The notes under the pieces were generated by a model, which ran no database searches, was not told where the DNA came from, and saw only the letters and a program-made list of their open reading frames with translations. Shown here in pieces: positions 10,615 to 20,094 of a stretch of 64,000 bases of DNA (position 1 is the stretch's first letter; each line of letters begins with the position of its first letter). The position numbers and the translations under genes are program-made. The DNA lies in NCBI GenBank assembly GCA_965222375.1, contig CBDCTZ010000016.1:1376001-1440000 (forward strand), read 5' to 3'. The DNA is from Polyangiaceae bacterium. Its GTDB lineage: Bacteria > Myxococcota_A > Polyangia > Polyangiales > Polyangiaceae.

Positions 10615-11289
10615 GTGGGGGTAATCGGGCACGGACCGCTGCTGGAGCGGGATGACGGTGCCGTCGCGGTCTTGCGGCAGCTCGGCGCCGAAGTTCTCGC
10701 TCAAGATCTTTGGGACGATCCTTTGGGGCTGCTGGAAGACGGCACGGCGCTGCGAGCCTTGGTCTTCGAGGCTCTGGACAGGCCGGATCTGGGTGTGGCT
10801 GCCCTTCGCGCGCTGCGTAAGGAGAGGGAGTTCGACGCCGTGGGGACCCTGCTTGCCGTGACGGTGCCTCAACTCGGGCGGGTCGAACCGTCGAACGGTT
10901 TTGACGATTTCGTGCTGCACCCCTACGTGCCCGCAGAACTCTACGCTCGTATTCGGGCGTTGGAGTGGAAGGTCAGCGAGTTCGCTACCGAAGAACGCCA
11001 CAAGGTGGGCAATATCGTGGTGGATCGTGCAGCTCACGACGTGCGCATTGACGGCAAACCCGTCGCATTGACCGCGAAAGAGTTCGCGCTGCTCGTGTAT
11101 TTTTGCGAACGACGCGGCCGCGTACTCTCCCGCGAGCACCTGCTGTCCAATGTGTGGGGCAATCGCTACGAGGGTGGCGCGCGGACCGTGGACATTCACG
11201 TCCGCCGCTTGCGCGCGAAACTCGGGGACACTTTGCCACTGGAGACACTACGCGGTAGCGGCTACAAACTTCGCGCCCCGGACGATTGA
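10615..11289 (+). CDS. OmpR/PhoB-family winged-helix regulator with atypical receiver domain
   Basis: LTAKEFALL...VWG...RTVDIHVRRLRAKL; no canonical DD/D/K receiver residues; start uncertain. Confidence 0.8.
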   Translation: MGVIGHGPLLERDDGAVAVLRQLGAEVLAQDLWDDPLGLLEDGTALRALVFEALDRPDLGVAALRALRKEREFDAVGTLLAVTVPQLGRVEPSNGFDDFVLHPYVPAELYARIRALEWKVSEFATEERHKVGNIVVDRAAHDVRIDGKPVALTAKEFALLVYFCERRGRVLSREHLLSNVWGNRYEGGARTVDIHVRRLRAKLGDTLPLETLRGSGYKLRAPDD

Positions 11290-11344
11290 GAGGCTTGCCC
11301 ATTGGCACCCCGGCGTCCGTGTGGTGTAAGCTCTTTGCTGGGTT

Positions 11345-13198
11345 ATGACGGCGTTTCAACTGGCGCCGGGAACTCTATTCGCTGGAGATTTCCGTATTCT
11401 CCGCCCGCTCTCCCAGGGTGGCATGGGGGCGGTGTACGTGGTGGAGCAGCTCAGTACGCGAGCACAACGCGCACTGAAGTTGATGCATCCGGAACTCGTG
11501 CGCGATGCGAGCCTTCGCGCTCGGTTCGAGCAAGAGGCGAAGATCTCGTCGCAAATCCCCAGCGATCACGTGGTGCAGGTCATCGCTGCCGGTGTCGACG
11601 ACGAAACGGGCATGCCCTGGCTCGCCATGGAGCTCTTGGACGGCACCGACCTACTCGAAGCGGCTGCGACCGGCCGAGCTGGGCCTGCAGTGCTGCGCGA
11701 AATCATGGCGCAGCTGTGCCACGCCCTGGGTGCCGCGCATGAGCGCGGCATCGTTCATCGAGATCTGAAGCCCGAGAACATCTTTCTCGCTGCGCCCCGA
11801 CGCGCAGGAATTCCCTTCACGGTCAAGGTCCTGGATTTCGGCATATCCAAACTGACGTCCCAGGCTCACTCTGCCTCCGCCACGGCTTCCCTGGGCACCC
11901 CCCTTTGGATGGCACCGGAGCAAGCGGGAGCGAGCAGCGGCCAGATCTCCCCGGCAACGGACGTCTGGGCGATGGGGCTCATTGCGTTTTGGCTCCTGAC
12001 GGGTCGCCACTACTGGCTTGGCGCGCGGGACGAAAACACGACGCTCCAAGCCATCATGCGCGAGGTCTTGCTCGATCCAATCGCGCCGGCATCGGAACGA
12101 GCCGCGCAGATCTCATCCGATGCTCGCTTGCCAACGGGTTTTGATGCCTGGTTCGCAAAGACGGTCCAACGCGACCCGACGCAACGCTTTGCCAACGCAA
12201 CCCTCGCCGGGCAGGAGTTGGAAAAGGCGCTGGCTCCCACCGACCAGCCCGAACCAGAGCAAGCCGTTGTGGCCGCCGTCGCGCACACCGTGGACGACAT
12301 GCCGCCGCTGCGCATCGATACCCCCCCGGCGCCGCCGCCCGCCCAGCAGATGGTTCAAGTGCCTCAAGCGCAATCAGCGTGGGTCACGCCTGGGCCCCAG
12401 CCCCGGGTATCGCCCGTGCCTCCCACCCCAGCGCCTCACTATCCGTCGCCCTACGCTGCTCCTGGTTTCGCGCCGACCACCGGCGCCCCCTGGGCAAGCA
12501 CCCGCGCCGTTCCCTATGCGCCGCCGGGGAGCTTTCAAACCGAGTCCAGACGGGGATGGGGATGCTTGGGTTGGCTCGTTCTCGCAACTATTGGCGCGCT
12601 CGGGCTCATTGCTGCCGCCTTCTTCACGCGGGACGCTTGGGAGCCGACCGTCCTCGGTTACTTGGGAGAGGAGCCCGCCGAGGTGCCTGCGCCTCCCGCA
12701 CCACCGCTTAGACCCGAGGTCGCCTGTCCGCAGGGCACGCGTCGAAGCGGTGAGCGCTGCATCAAAGTCATCGATGAAACGTGTCCACCTGGGATGCGGT
12801 TCACGAAACGAGGTTGTGTTGCGCTGGTTCCGCCCGACGCTGGAAAAAAGCCTGGGGGCGCGACGAGCTCCTCGAAAGCACAAATGAGCACCTTGAAGGT
12901 GAACTGCAGTCCAGGTTGCGACCGCATCTACATCGATCACAAGCCTTACGGGCGGAGCCCAGTCACCGTTCGGCTACCCGCGGGCAGGCACTCTATTCGA
13001 CGTGAGAAGACGGGGTACGTGACGCGACGCTCGACCATCACCCTCCGCGCCGGCCGGACCCATACGAGTACTCGGTCCATGAGCCGATCCGGTCCCCCGC
13101 CTCCCAAACCGAACAGCGGGACGAAGGACTGCGACTGCTCCAAGACGCTGATCCCGGTACCCTGCATCCAGGTATGCGCGGCGCAACGCAAGAAATAA
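11345..13198 (+). CDS. Membrane Ser/Thr protein kinase with C-terminal PEGA-like domain
   Basis: GGMGAVY, HRDLKPEN, DFG, GTPLWMAPE; Pro-rich linker, TM segment, YGRSPVTVRLPAGRH. Confidence 0.92.
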   Translation: MTAFQLAPGTLFAGDFRILRPLSQGGMGAVYVVEQLSTRAQRALKLMHPELVRDASLRARFEQEAKISSQIPSDHVVQVIAAGVDDETGMPWLAMELLDGTDLLEAAATGRAGPAVLREIMAQLCHALGAAHERGIVHRDLKPENIFLAAPRRAGIPFTVKVLDFGISKLTSQAHSASATASLGTPLWMAPEQAGASSGQISPATDVWAMGLIAFWLLTGRHYWLGARDENTTLQAIMREVLLDPIAPASERAAQISSDARLPTGFDAWFAKTVQRDPTQRFANATLAGQELEKALAPTDQPEPEQAVVAAVAHTVDDMPPLRIDTPPAPPPAQQMVQVPQAQSAWVTPGPQPRVSPVPPTPAPHYPSPYAAPGFAPTTGAPWASTRAVPYAPPGSFQTESRRGWGCLGWLVLATIGALGLIAAAFFTRDAWEPTVLGYLGEEPAEVPAPPAPPLRPEVACPQGTRRSGERCIKVIDETCPPGMRFTKRGCVALVPPDAGKKPGGATSSSKAQMSTLKVNCSPGCDRIYIDHKPYGRSPVTVRLPAGRHSIRREKTGYVTRRSTITLRAGRTHTSTRSMSRSGPPPPKPNSGTKDCDCSKTLIPVPCIQVCAAQRKK

Positions 13199-13238
13199 TT
13201 GCGGAACCGCAGCGCCGGCGCCTGCTAGAACCCGATGC

Positions 13239-14240
13239 GTGTTGTTCGTGAGTCTGGGATGTCCAGCGGGTGTTGGCCCCGAGGTCGCGGTTGCCGCAGC
13301 TCTGCGTTCCGCTTCGAAAGTGGTGTTGGTGGGAAGTGGCGACGTGATCCGCCAGGCTCAGGCGGTTGCGAAGTCGACCCGCAAACAGCTCGTCGAGTTC
13401 GCGGATGCGCCACCGAAGCGCGGTCAGATTGCCGTTCACGATCCCGGGCCGGCGCTGCATCGGCGTGACTACCGGCCCGGCCGCCCGAGCAAGCTGGCCA
13501 GCCGCGCAGCCCTCGGCTGGATCGATGCAGCCATTGAGCTCACGCTGCGGCATCCGGGCAGTGCCCTCGTAACCGGTCCGGCCAACAAGGGTGCGATTGC
13601 TCGTTCGGGAGCCAAGGGTGCCGCGAGGTTCCGCGGGCACACGGAGCACATCGAAAGGCGGGTTGCGTCAGGTCGGAGCGTGATGTGTTTCTACGCGCCG
13701 ACTTTTTCGACGTCTCTGGTGACGACGCATCTACCTGTTGCTCGGGCCGCGCGCAGCATCACGACGGAAAGCGTGTGCGCTGCCACTGTGGAGCTTGCCG
13801 CGTTCTTGCGCTCCATTGGGGTGCCCGAGCCGCACATTGTGATTGCGTCTCTGAACCCCCACGCTGGTGAGTCCGAGCTGCTCGGGGTCGAAGAAGGGCG
13901 CGCCATCGTGCCCGGGATCGCGCGCGCGCGCCGACTGCTCTCACGGCGTGCGCGTCTCGACGGCCCCATCGGCGCTGAAACCGCTTACCGCTTGGCTCAC
14001 GCCGGCAAGATCCATGGCGTCGTGGCGATGTTGCATGACCAGGCGACGATACCGACCAAACTCGTCGCATTTGGCGATGCCGTGAATGTCACCTTGGGCT
14101 TGCCCATCGTGAGAACGAGTGTCGATCACGGTACCGCCTACGACGTTGCTTGGACCGGCCGTGCCGATCCCGATGGCATGTTGGCGGCGATGAAGCTCGC
14201 TTCACGCTTGGCCAAAAGCCGAAATGCCGAGAGGCGCTGA
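13239..14240 (+). CDS. pdxA: 4-hydroxythreonine-4-phosphate dehydrogenase
   Basis: PAGVGPEV, GHTE, LNPHAGE, AMLHDQ, RTSVDHGTAYD. Confidence 0.92.
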   Translation: MLFVSLGCPAGVGPEVAVAAALRSASKVVLVGSGDVIRQAQAVAKSTRKQLVEFADAPPKRGQIAVHDPGPALHRRDYRPGRPSKLASRAALGWIDAAIELTLRHPGSALVTGPANKGAIARSGAKGAARFRGHTEHIERRVASGRSVMCFYAPTFSTSLVTTHLPVARAARSITTESVCAATVELAAFLRSIGVPEPHIVIASLNPHAGESELLGVEEGRAIVPGIARARRLLSRRARLDGPIGAETAYRLAHAGKIHGVVAMLHDQATIPTKLVAFGDAVNVTLGLPIVRTSVDHGTAYDVAWTGRADPDGMLAAMKLASRLAKSRNAERR

Positions 14241-16103
14241 ATGGCCCGGCGCCGCGACGAACGCTTGGAAGCTTTGAAGCAGGTTTTCAGCACGGGGACT
14301 GCCGTTCCACTCGATCGTCTGAACGCGTTGCGTGACATCATGGTAAGCGCTGCTGCTCGGGGTTGGTGTGAAGAAAACGCCGTCCCATGCGCACTGCTAG
14401 ACGAGTCGCGCTTGCTGCAACTCGAATCCCGCGCGCTGGAAGTTCTGCCGCAAGCTCAGGAAGCGGGTGGCGCGGCAGTGCGGGCTTTGGCCGGGAGTCT
14501 GCAGGGAGCGCCCCTCGAGGTCCTCGGAGCTGTCTTGGAACGAATGCTCGATGTTCAGCTGAGTGACGAAGACGAGTTGCGCTGGGCGCGTGGTCGCAAA
14601 CCCAGTGGTAGCTTCTTCACGCCGGAACACTGGACCCGACACGTGATGAGCGCAGTGCTCATTGGCAAGGAGTCTGGCTCCTTGCGCATCGTCGACCCAG
14701 CGTCGGGTGCTGGCGCTTTTCTTCTCGCCGCCGCGCGGGCGCTTGGCGAGCAAGGTGGCAGCCTTCCTGAGATCGTTACGGAGCAGCTCTACGGCATCGA
14801 CAAGAGTGAACTTGCGCTTGCAACCTCCGAGGCGAGCCTGACGCTGCTATGTGAAGACGCTGCAGTGCTTTCGGGGCTGCGACGACACCTCGCGGTCGGT
14901 AACGCCCTGATCGAACCCAAGGATGGTCCCGGCTTGGATGAGGCACCGCTCGACCCAGCAGCGTCCTTTCCTGAGGTGTTCGCCGAAGGCCGCGCCTTCG
15001 ATCTGGTTGTAGGTAATCCGCCGTGGGTGGCGTTTGCCGGACGCGCTGCCAAACCGCTTCCAGCAGAAATGCGAGCATTCTTTCGTCGGCGCTATCGCGG
15101 GTTCTCTGGCTACCCCACGCTGCACGCGCTTTTCATCGAGCGTGCAGCGGAGCTGGCACCCGGCGGAACCATCGCGCTCCTCGTTCCGAGCCCCATTGCC
15201 GATCTCGACGGATACCGAGCCGTGCGCGCCGCTCTGGCCCGCACCCACACGGTTCGCGAGCCGCTACTCGAGTTGGGCCAGGACGCCTTCGCTGGTGTGA
15301 CTCAACCGTGCTTCGTCTTGCTGGCAGATCCGGGCGCGGATCCTCGCGGCGGTGACCGCCACTATCAGCTCTCGGAACGCTCTCGTGCACGCGTTGGCGC
15401 TGCAGCCATTCGTCCACCGGAAGTGCTGCTGGGGCTCACCGACAGACCTTGCTTCCCGGAAACGCTTTTTGGAGAGATGGGCTTCCAGAGCAGTGGCGTT
15501 GTGTCCCAGCGCTTGTTCTTGCGCGCGGCAGAGCCCGACGACCTGCACACCTACCCGCTGCTCGAGGGGCGCAACGTGCAAGAGTTCCGACAGGAGCCGC
15601 CCCGACTTTTCTTGAACCCAGACCCGGACGTACTCAAAGAGGCGCGCTGCCGCTTGCGACCGCGATCCGACTACGAGCGAGCTCGTTTTGTCGTGCGTCA
15701 AACGGCCGCTTGGCCCATCGCGGCTTTGCACGACGGCCTGCCGTTCCGCAATTCGCTGATCGCAGGATTCAGCCATGACGAGCTCCCTCCCGAAGCGACC
15801 GTGGCGTTGCTGAACAGCGCGCTGTACCGAGCTCTTCATCTGGCTGGGCGCCGGGATGCTCGACAAGCCACCTTTCCCCAGATGAAGGTTCGACACCTGC
15901 GCTGCCTTCCCCGGCCCAATGCGTCTCCCGATCAACTCCACGGTCTCGTGAGCGCCACCCATGAGCTTACGACCCGCGGCGTGGAGCCTGGGGGGCGTCG
16001 CGCGCTCGATGCTCTCGTCTTCGAATTGTTCGAGATCGCCGTGGCGGATCGCGAGGCCGTCATGAACTTCCTCGGCGAACGTGCGCCCAAGCTGTACTCC
16101 TGA
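14241..16103 (+). CDS. N6-adenine DNA methyltransferase (Eco57I/TaqI-like) with C-terminal target-recognition region
   Basis: GSFFTP, motif I VDPASGAGAFL, motif IV GNPPW; TaqI_C-like VALLNS...FPQMKVRHLRCLP. Confidence 0.8.
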   Translation: MARRRDERLEALKQVFSTGTAVPLDRLNALRDIMVSAAARGWCEENAVPCALLDESRLLQLESRALEVLPQAQEAGGAAVRALAGSLQGAPLEVLGAVLERMLDVQLSDEDELRWARGRKPSGSFFTPEHWTRHVMSAVLIGKESGSLRIVDPASGAGAFLLAAARALGEQGGSLPEIVTEQLYGIDKSELALATSEASLTLLCEDAAVLSGLRRHLAVGNALIEPKDGPGLDEAPLDPAASFPEVFAEGRAFDLVVGNPPWVAFAGRAAKPLPAEMRAFFRRRYRGFSGYPTLHALFIERAAELAPGGTIALLVPSPIADLDGYRAVRAALARTHTVREPLLELGQDAFAGVTQPCFVLLADPGADPRGGDRHYQLSERSRARVGAAAIRPPEVLLGLTDRPCFPETLFGEMGFQSSGVVSQRLFLRAAEPDDLHTYPLLEGRNVQEFRQEPPRLFLNPDPDVLKEARCRLRPRSDYERARFVVRQTAAWPIAALHDGLPFRNSLIAGFSHDELPPEATVALLNSALYRALHLAGRRDARQATFPQMKVRHLRCLPRPNASPDQLHGLVSATHELTTRGVEPGGRRALDALVFELFEIAVADREAVMNFLGERAPKLYS

Positions 16104-16169
16104 CCCCACTGCCCTCGGAAATCTGCTTGCTCCGGGAAGAACAGCGAGTATGTTCCGTAGTACGCACCG

Positions 16170-16862
16170 ATGAGAACGCTCGCCCTTGCATTGGCCCTTT
16201 TCGCTGGCGGTTGCAGCAGCACCGGAGCCGGCGGCGGCTGCCCACCTGAGCAGGCCAACATGTCCGAGGACTCCCGAGAGGGTGGCGGCACGGCCACGAA
16301 TTGCGCCGGCGCGGGCGGGGGTGCTGGCGCGCGAGGCGAATGTGATCCCAATCTGAACTGCGACGGATGCAGGACCTGTCAAGACAGTTGCACCTGTGGT
16401 GGGGGCGACATCCAAGGTTGCCAGGTGCAATGTGGTGGTGGCGCCGCAGGGGCCGCCGGTTCCAAGGGCGGCAGTGCTGGAACGGCTAACTCCGGAGGCG
16501 GAGGCGGCGGAAACACGGGGGGAAGCAACACCGGTGGCAATGGTGCAGGTGGAAGTGGCACTGGGGGAAGCAACACCGGTGGCAATGGTGCAGGTGGAAG
16601 TGGCACTGGAGGCAGCGGTTCCGGTGGGACCGGCACGTGTCAGTACCCGGTTTGCGAATCCTATGCGTCGAAGATGAAGACTTGCTATCCGAAGGTCGAG
16701 AAGTCCTACTGGCGCGGTGAGTGCGTTGACGCCCACGACACCTGCCATGTGGGCAGCGGCTGCTCGTCCACCACACCCAACCATGTCAAGTGCGTCATCA
16801 GCAGCCAGTGCTCCGATGTGGTCAACGGATCCTGCAGTGCTAACCCTTGCAGTGGGAGTTGA
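16170..16862 (+). CDS. Gly/Cys-rich putative lipoprotein
   Basis: Lipobox-like FAGGC; Gly-rich linker between Cys-rich modules. Confidence 0.7.
   Translation: MRTLALALALFAGGCSSTGAGGGCPPEQANMSEDSREGGGTATNCAGAGGGAGARGECDPNLNCDGCRTCQDSCTCGGGDIQGCQVQCGGGAAGAAGSKGGSAGTANSGGGGGGNTGGSNTGGNGAGGSGTGGSNTGGNGAGGSGTGGSGSGGTGTCQYPVCESYASKMKTCYPKVEKSYWRGECVDAHDTCHVGSGCSSTTPNHVKCVISSQCSDVVNGSCSANPCSGS
16518..16609 (+). repeat. Perfect 45-bp tandem duplication (GGSNTGGNGAGGSGT x2)
   Basis: 16518-16562 is identical to 16563-16607. Confidence 0.9.
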
Positions 16863-17853
16863 GGGTTCGGTAGCTCATCAGCGGTAGCGGCCGATCCACG
16901 CAGACCAGCGATCCCCGGAGTATCGCCAGCGACCAGCACTCGTCCTTTGGCGTCCACGACTGCGTCGAACACGAAGCTGGGCCGTGGTGCTGCTTCGTCT
17001 ACCCAAGAAGGCCGCTGCTCTTGGCCTGCCGCCGTAAGCAGCACGAAGAGCGGTTGCGAACTGTCGCCGATGTCACGAAAGCCGGCGCCGAGGATCTGTC
17101 CGCTGTCCAACGGCACCAATGCATACAGCTGGTCGTCCCCGTCCAGAGGAATAGCCACGCCATTGCGTCCGAAGCTGGTATCGAGCTCCCCTCGCGAGTG
17201 GCGAAAGCTCCGTGCCCCGGCAGCACCGTCACCACGGCCACGCCGCCCTTGCCGTAGCCGGCACAGGGCGCGTCATTGTCTTGAAGGCAAAACACCTGGT
17301 TCTGGGTCGCCGCATGGTAGCCACTGATCAGCAGACTGCCGTTGGCCCTCACGTGCAGCTGTTGCGCTCGATTGTCGCTGCCTGAGTTGTGCACTACCAA
17401 CCCAGCGCGTCCGAACTTCGGGTCTAGCTTGCCTGTCTTCGTGACTCGCGCCACGAGGGAGCGCGTGCCCCCCTTGGTATAGAAATAGCCCGTGGCGACG
17501 ACGCGACTTTGCGCGTCTAGCGCGACGTCTTCGCCGAAGGTTCGATGGCGACCCAAGCGCACGACGCCGCGGGTCCCGAAACCTTCGTCGAGCTTGCCGT
17601 GTTCCGTGATGCGCACCAAAGACATGTCACGTCCCGTGTCGAACGGTGAATGGCCCAGTGCGTAGAGGGAGCCGTCCTGGTTGGCGACTACCGCCTTGAA
17701 GCGATGCTCCGCCGCGCGCTGCCAGAACAAGAAGCGAGGTCCGCACATCCATCTGATGGCCGCGACCTTCAAGAAGGGCAAATACAAGACAGGGAGTAGC
17801 CCGAGCTTCTTCAGCTGCGGCACGACCGTCAACCCCGCCACCCGCCTGTGCAA
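16706..17853 (-). pseudogene. Delta-60 repeat beta-propeller protein, frameshifted/possibly truncated
   Basis: Repeats GKLDEGFGTRG and GKLDPKFGRAG, then GELDTSFGRNG after a frame change in the G-run near 17190; both ends unclear. Confidence 0.6.
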
Positions 17854-17859
17854 GTAGTG

Positions 17860-18729
17860 CTAGTGACCCTCGCGACATGGGGCGTCACGGCGCATGGTTA
17901 CGCGTGAACTCTTCGCAGCGATAGCAGCAACCTTCTTGACGAAATTGCGAATCGCCGGATTCTTTCCGCGCAAAGGGAAGCAGTAATCAGATTCGCCTTC
18001 CTTGCCCCAATGAACGACCCGGTATGGGAGCTTCATCTTACCAGCTTGCTGCACCTGTTGGACGGCAAGTTCGACCTTGTCCTTGGCCGCCCGATCCGTG
18101 CCCGCGCCGTGGGAACGGAAACTCACCACGAGACCGAACTTGCCGTTGCCGCCGACTTGCGGAGGTTCCACTGCAGCCGCGGCTTCGGCGTCCTCCATGC
18201 GATCGACCTGCAGGCGGACTCGGGCGTTGCGCCGAAACGGACTCTGTTTGCGCAACAGTGCCGTCTGCTTGTGCTCCGTCTGGATTTCGAGCGCGATCTC
18301 TTGTCGCTCGTTGCCGAGCACGCGCCGGCCTTTCATCGTGACCTGCTTTACGATCACATCCGCGACCGGGACCCATTCCTTCGATCCTTTGGGCTTGAAC
18401 TCCAAAACGGCTTCGGTGCCGGGGGCCAGCGTCTCGGCCTCGTCGGCGGCAGTGGTCAATACGGAAGTCATCACGACCTTCTTCGCCGCGCGAGCCCGCA
18501 TGGTCCCGAACACGTGGTGGCGTCGCACGATCCGAGGCGGAGGCTCGGTGTAGACGGGGGCCCCGTCCGGTGGCCCGCTGTCGGCTTCAGCAGGGTTGCT
18601 GGCTTCCTCCGCGGCTTCTGGGGTCGATGGCTTCTCCGCCTCGACCGTCTCGACTGGTGGCACGGCCGTGGGCGCGCTGGCGCAGCCTCCGAGCACCAGC
18701 GCCAGTGCAATCATCCCGTGCTTGCGCAT
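17860..18729 (-). CDS. Hypothetical lipoprotein
   Basis: MRKHGMIALALVLGGC lipoprotein signal. Confidence 0.7.
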   Translation of the reverse strand: MRKHGMIALALVLGGCASAPTAVPPVETVEAEKPSTPEAAEEASNPAEADSGPPDGAPVYTEPPPRIVRRHHVFGTMRARAAKKVVMTSVLTTAADEAETLAPGTEAVLEFKPKGSKEWVPVADVIVKQVTMKGRRVLGNERQEIALEIQTEHKQTALLRKQSPFRRNARVRLQVDRMEDAEAAAAVEPPQVGGNGKFGLVVSFRSHGAGTDRAAKDKVELAVQQVQQAGKMKLPYRVVHWGKEGESDYCFPLRGKNPAIRNFVKKVAAIAAKSSRVTMRRDAPCREGH

Positions 18730-18770
18730 GAGCCAAGCATCTACGTCCCGCGGCGTTTGGTCAACGGAGG

Positions 18771-19859
18771 CTAGTTCGGGTCGGGCTTGGGAGTTTTCGC
18801 CGTGCTTTCGGGTAGTGTAGGCTTTCTGATGTAGTCCGTCGGCAGGTCACCGGTGAGCGCCTCGAGGAAGGTCACGATGGACCCAACTTCACTGGGTTCG
18901 AGCTTCTTGCCGAGCTGATGCTCCGCCATCATGGTGACAGCGGTTTTCAGGTCCTTCGCGCTGGAGTCGTGGAAGTAGGGCGCGGTCTTTGCGATGTTGC
19001 GCAGGCTAGGCACCTTGAAACTCATCTTGTCCGCGTCCTTCTTCGTCACCTCGAGGCGCCCGGTGTCTTTCTGATTGGGCCAAGCCTTTACGGCACCGAG
19101 TTTCTGATAGGTCGAACCGCCGAGGTAGGCGCCGCTATGGCACGCTGTGCAGCCCGCGCTCATGAAGGACTTCACGCCCTTCTTCTCGACCGCGGAGAGT
19201 GCTTTCAGATCTCCAGCAAGGAACTTATCCCATCGAGAAGGTGTGACCAGCTTGCGCTCGAACGCTCCAATGGCTTTGCCAAAATTGGTGTAGCTCATGG
19301 TTTGCTCGTCGTCGGGAAACGCCTTCTTGAACGCAGCCACGTATTCCGGCATCGAGCGTAGTACCGCGAGTACGGATTCTTCATCCGGCATGGCCATCTC
19401 GACGGGGTTGAGCACGGGGCCTTCCGCTTGTTTCTCTACGTCAGGCGCTCGGCCGTCCCAAAACTGCGCCAGGTGGCCTGCCGCGTTGTACACCGACGGC
19501 GAATTGCGACCACCCTTCTGGCCCTTGTGGCCGGTGGAGAAGTCCTCACCGTCGACGCCATAGGCGTCAAGCTTGTGGCAGCTATTGCAGGACAGGTCCT
19601 GGTTCTTCGACACCCGCTTTTCGTAATATAGCATGCGGCCCAACTCGATCTTGGCATCGGTGATCGGGTTGGAGTCCGACAACATCACCTTGGGCAGCTG
19701 GGCGAACATGCTCAGCTCGGATGGTTTGAGCTCCGCCTCGGCCGTTGGCGCGGCGGACGCAGTGGGCGCTTTGCTGGACGATGAAGCAGTTCGCTCTTCT
19801 TTGCAGGCTGTGACGAACGCAAGCAGCGCGCAGATGACGAAAGTGTTGCGTGAATGCAC
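18771..19859 (-). CDS. Di-heme cytochrome c peroxidase (CcpA/MauG family)
   Basis: CNSCH and CTACH, RNSPSVYN, QFWDGRA, FKVPSLRNI; GGAGG before GTG 19859. Confidence 0.92.
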   Translation of the reverse strand: MHSRNTFVICALLAFVTACKEERTASSSSKAPTASAAPTAEAELKPSELSMFAQLPKVMLSDSNPITDAKIELGRMLYYEKRVSKNQDLSCNSCHKLDAYGVDGEDFSTGHKGQKGGRNSPSVYNAAGHLAQFWDGRAPDVEKQAEGPVLNPVEMAMPDEESVLAVLRSMPEYVAAFKKAFPDDEQTMSYTNFGKAIGAFERKLVTPSRWDKFLAGDLKALSAVEKKGVKSFMSAGCTACHSGAYLGGSTYQKLGAVKAWPNQKDTGRLEVTKKDADKMSFKVPSLRNIAKTAPYFHDSSAKDLKTAVTMMAEHQLGKKLEPSEVGSIVTFLEALTGDLPTDYIRKPTLPESTAKTPKPDPN

Positions 19860-19935
19860 GATGACGCCTCCAGGTGAGTGCGGTGAGCTTGCATCGCGTG
19901 TGCCACTCCGTGTTTCACCTGATGTGACGTGCCGA

Positions 19936-19999
19936 CTTGCGCAACTTGTTCCGCGCCGACTCAATCTTGCGCAACTTGTTCCGCCCAACTTCGAAGTTG
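19936..19999. promoter_or_regulatory. Direct-repeat plus palindrome cluster, candidate regulator sites
   Basis: CTTGCGCAACTTGTTCCGC at 19936 and 19966; perfect palindrome CAACTTCGAAGTTG at 19986-19999. Confidence 0.55.
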
Positions 20000-20094
20000 C
20001 GAAAGCCCTGCGCCGAAACGACATCGCAGCGTCGCACCGATGCTTACGGACCTGCGTCGCGACCTGCGTGGTGTGCTAGCATCGTGGACGTTTC

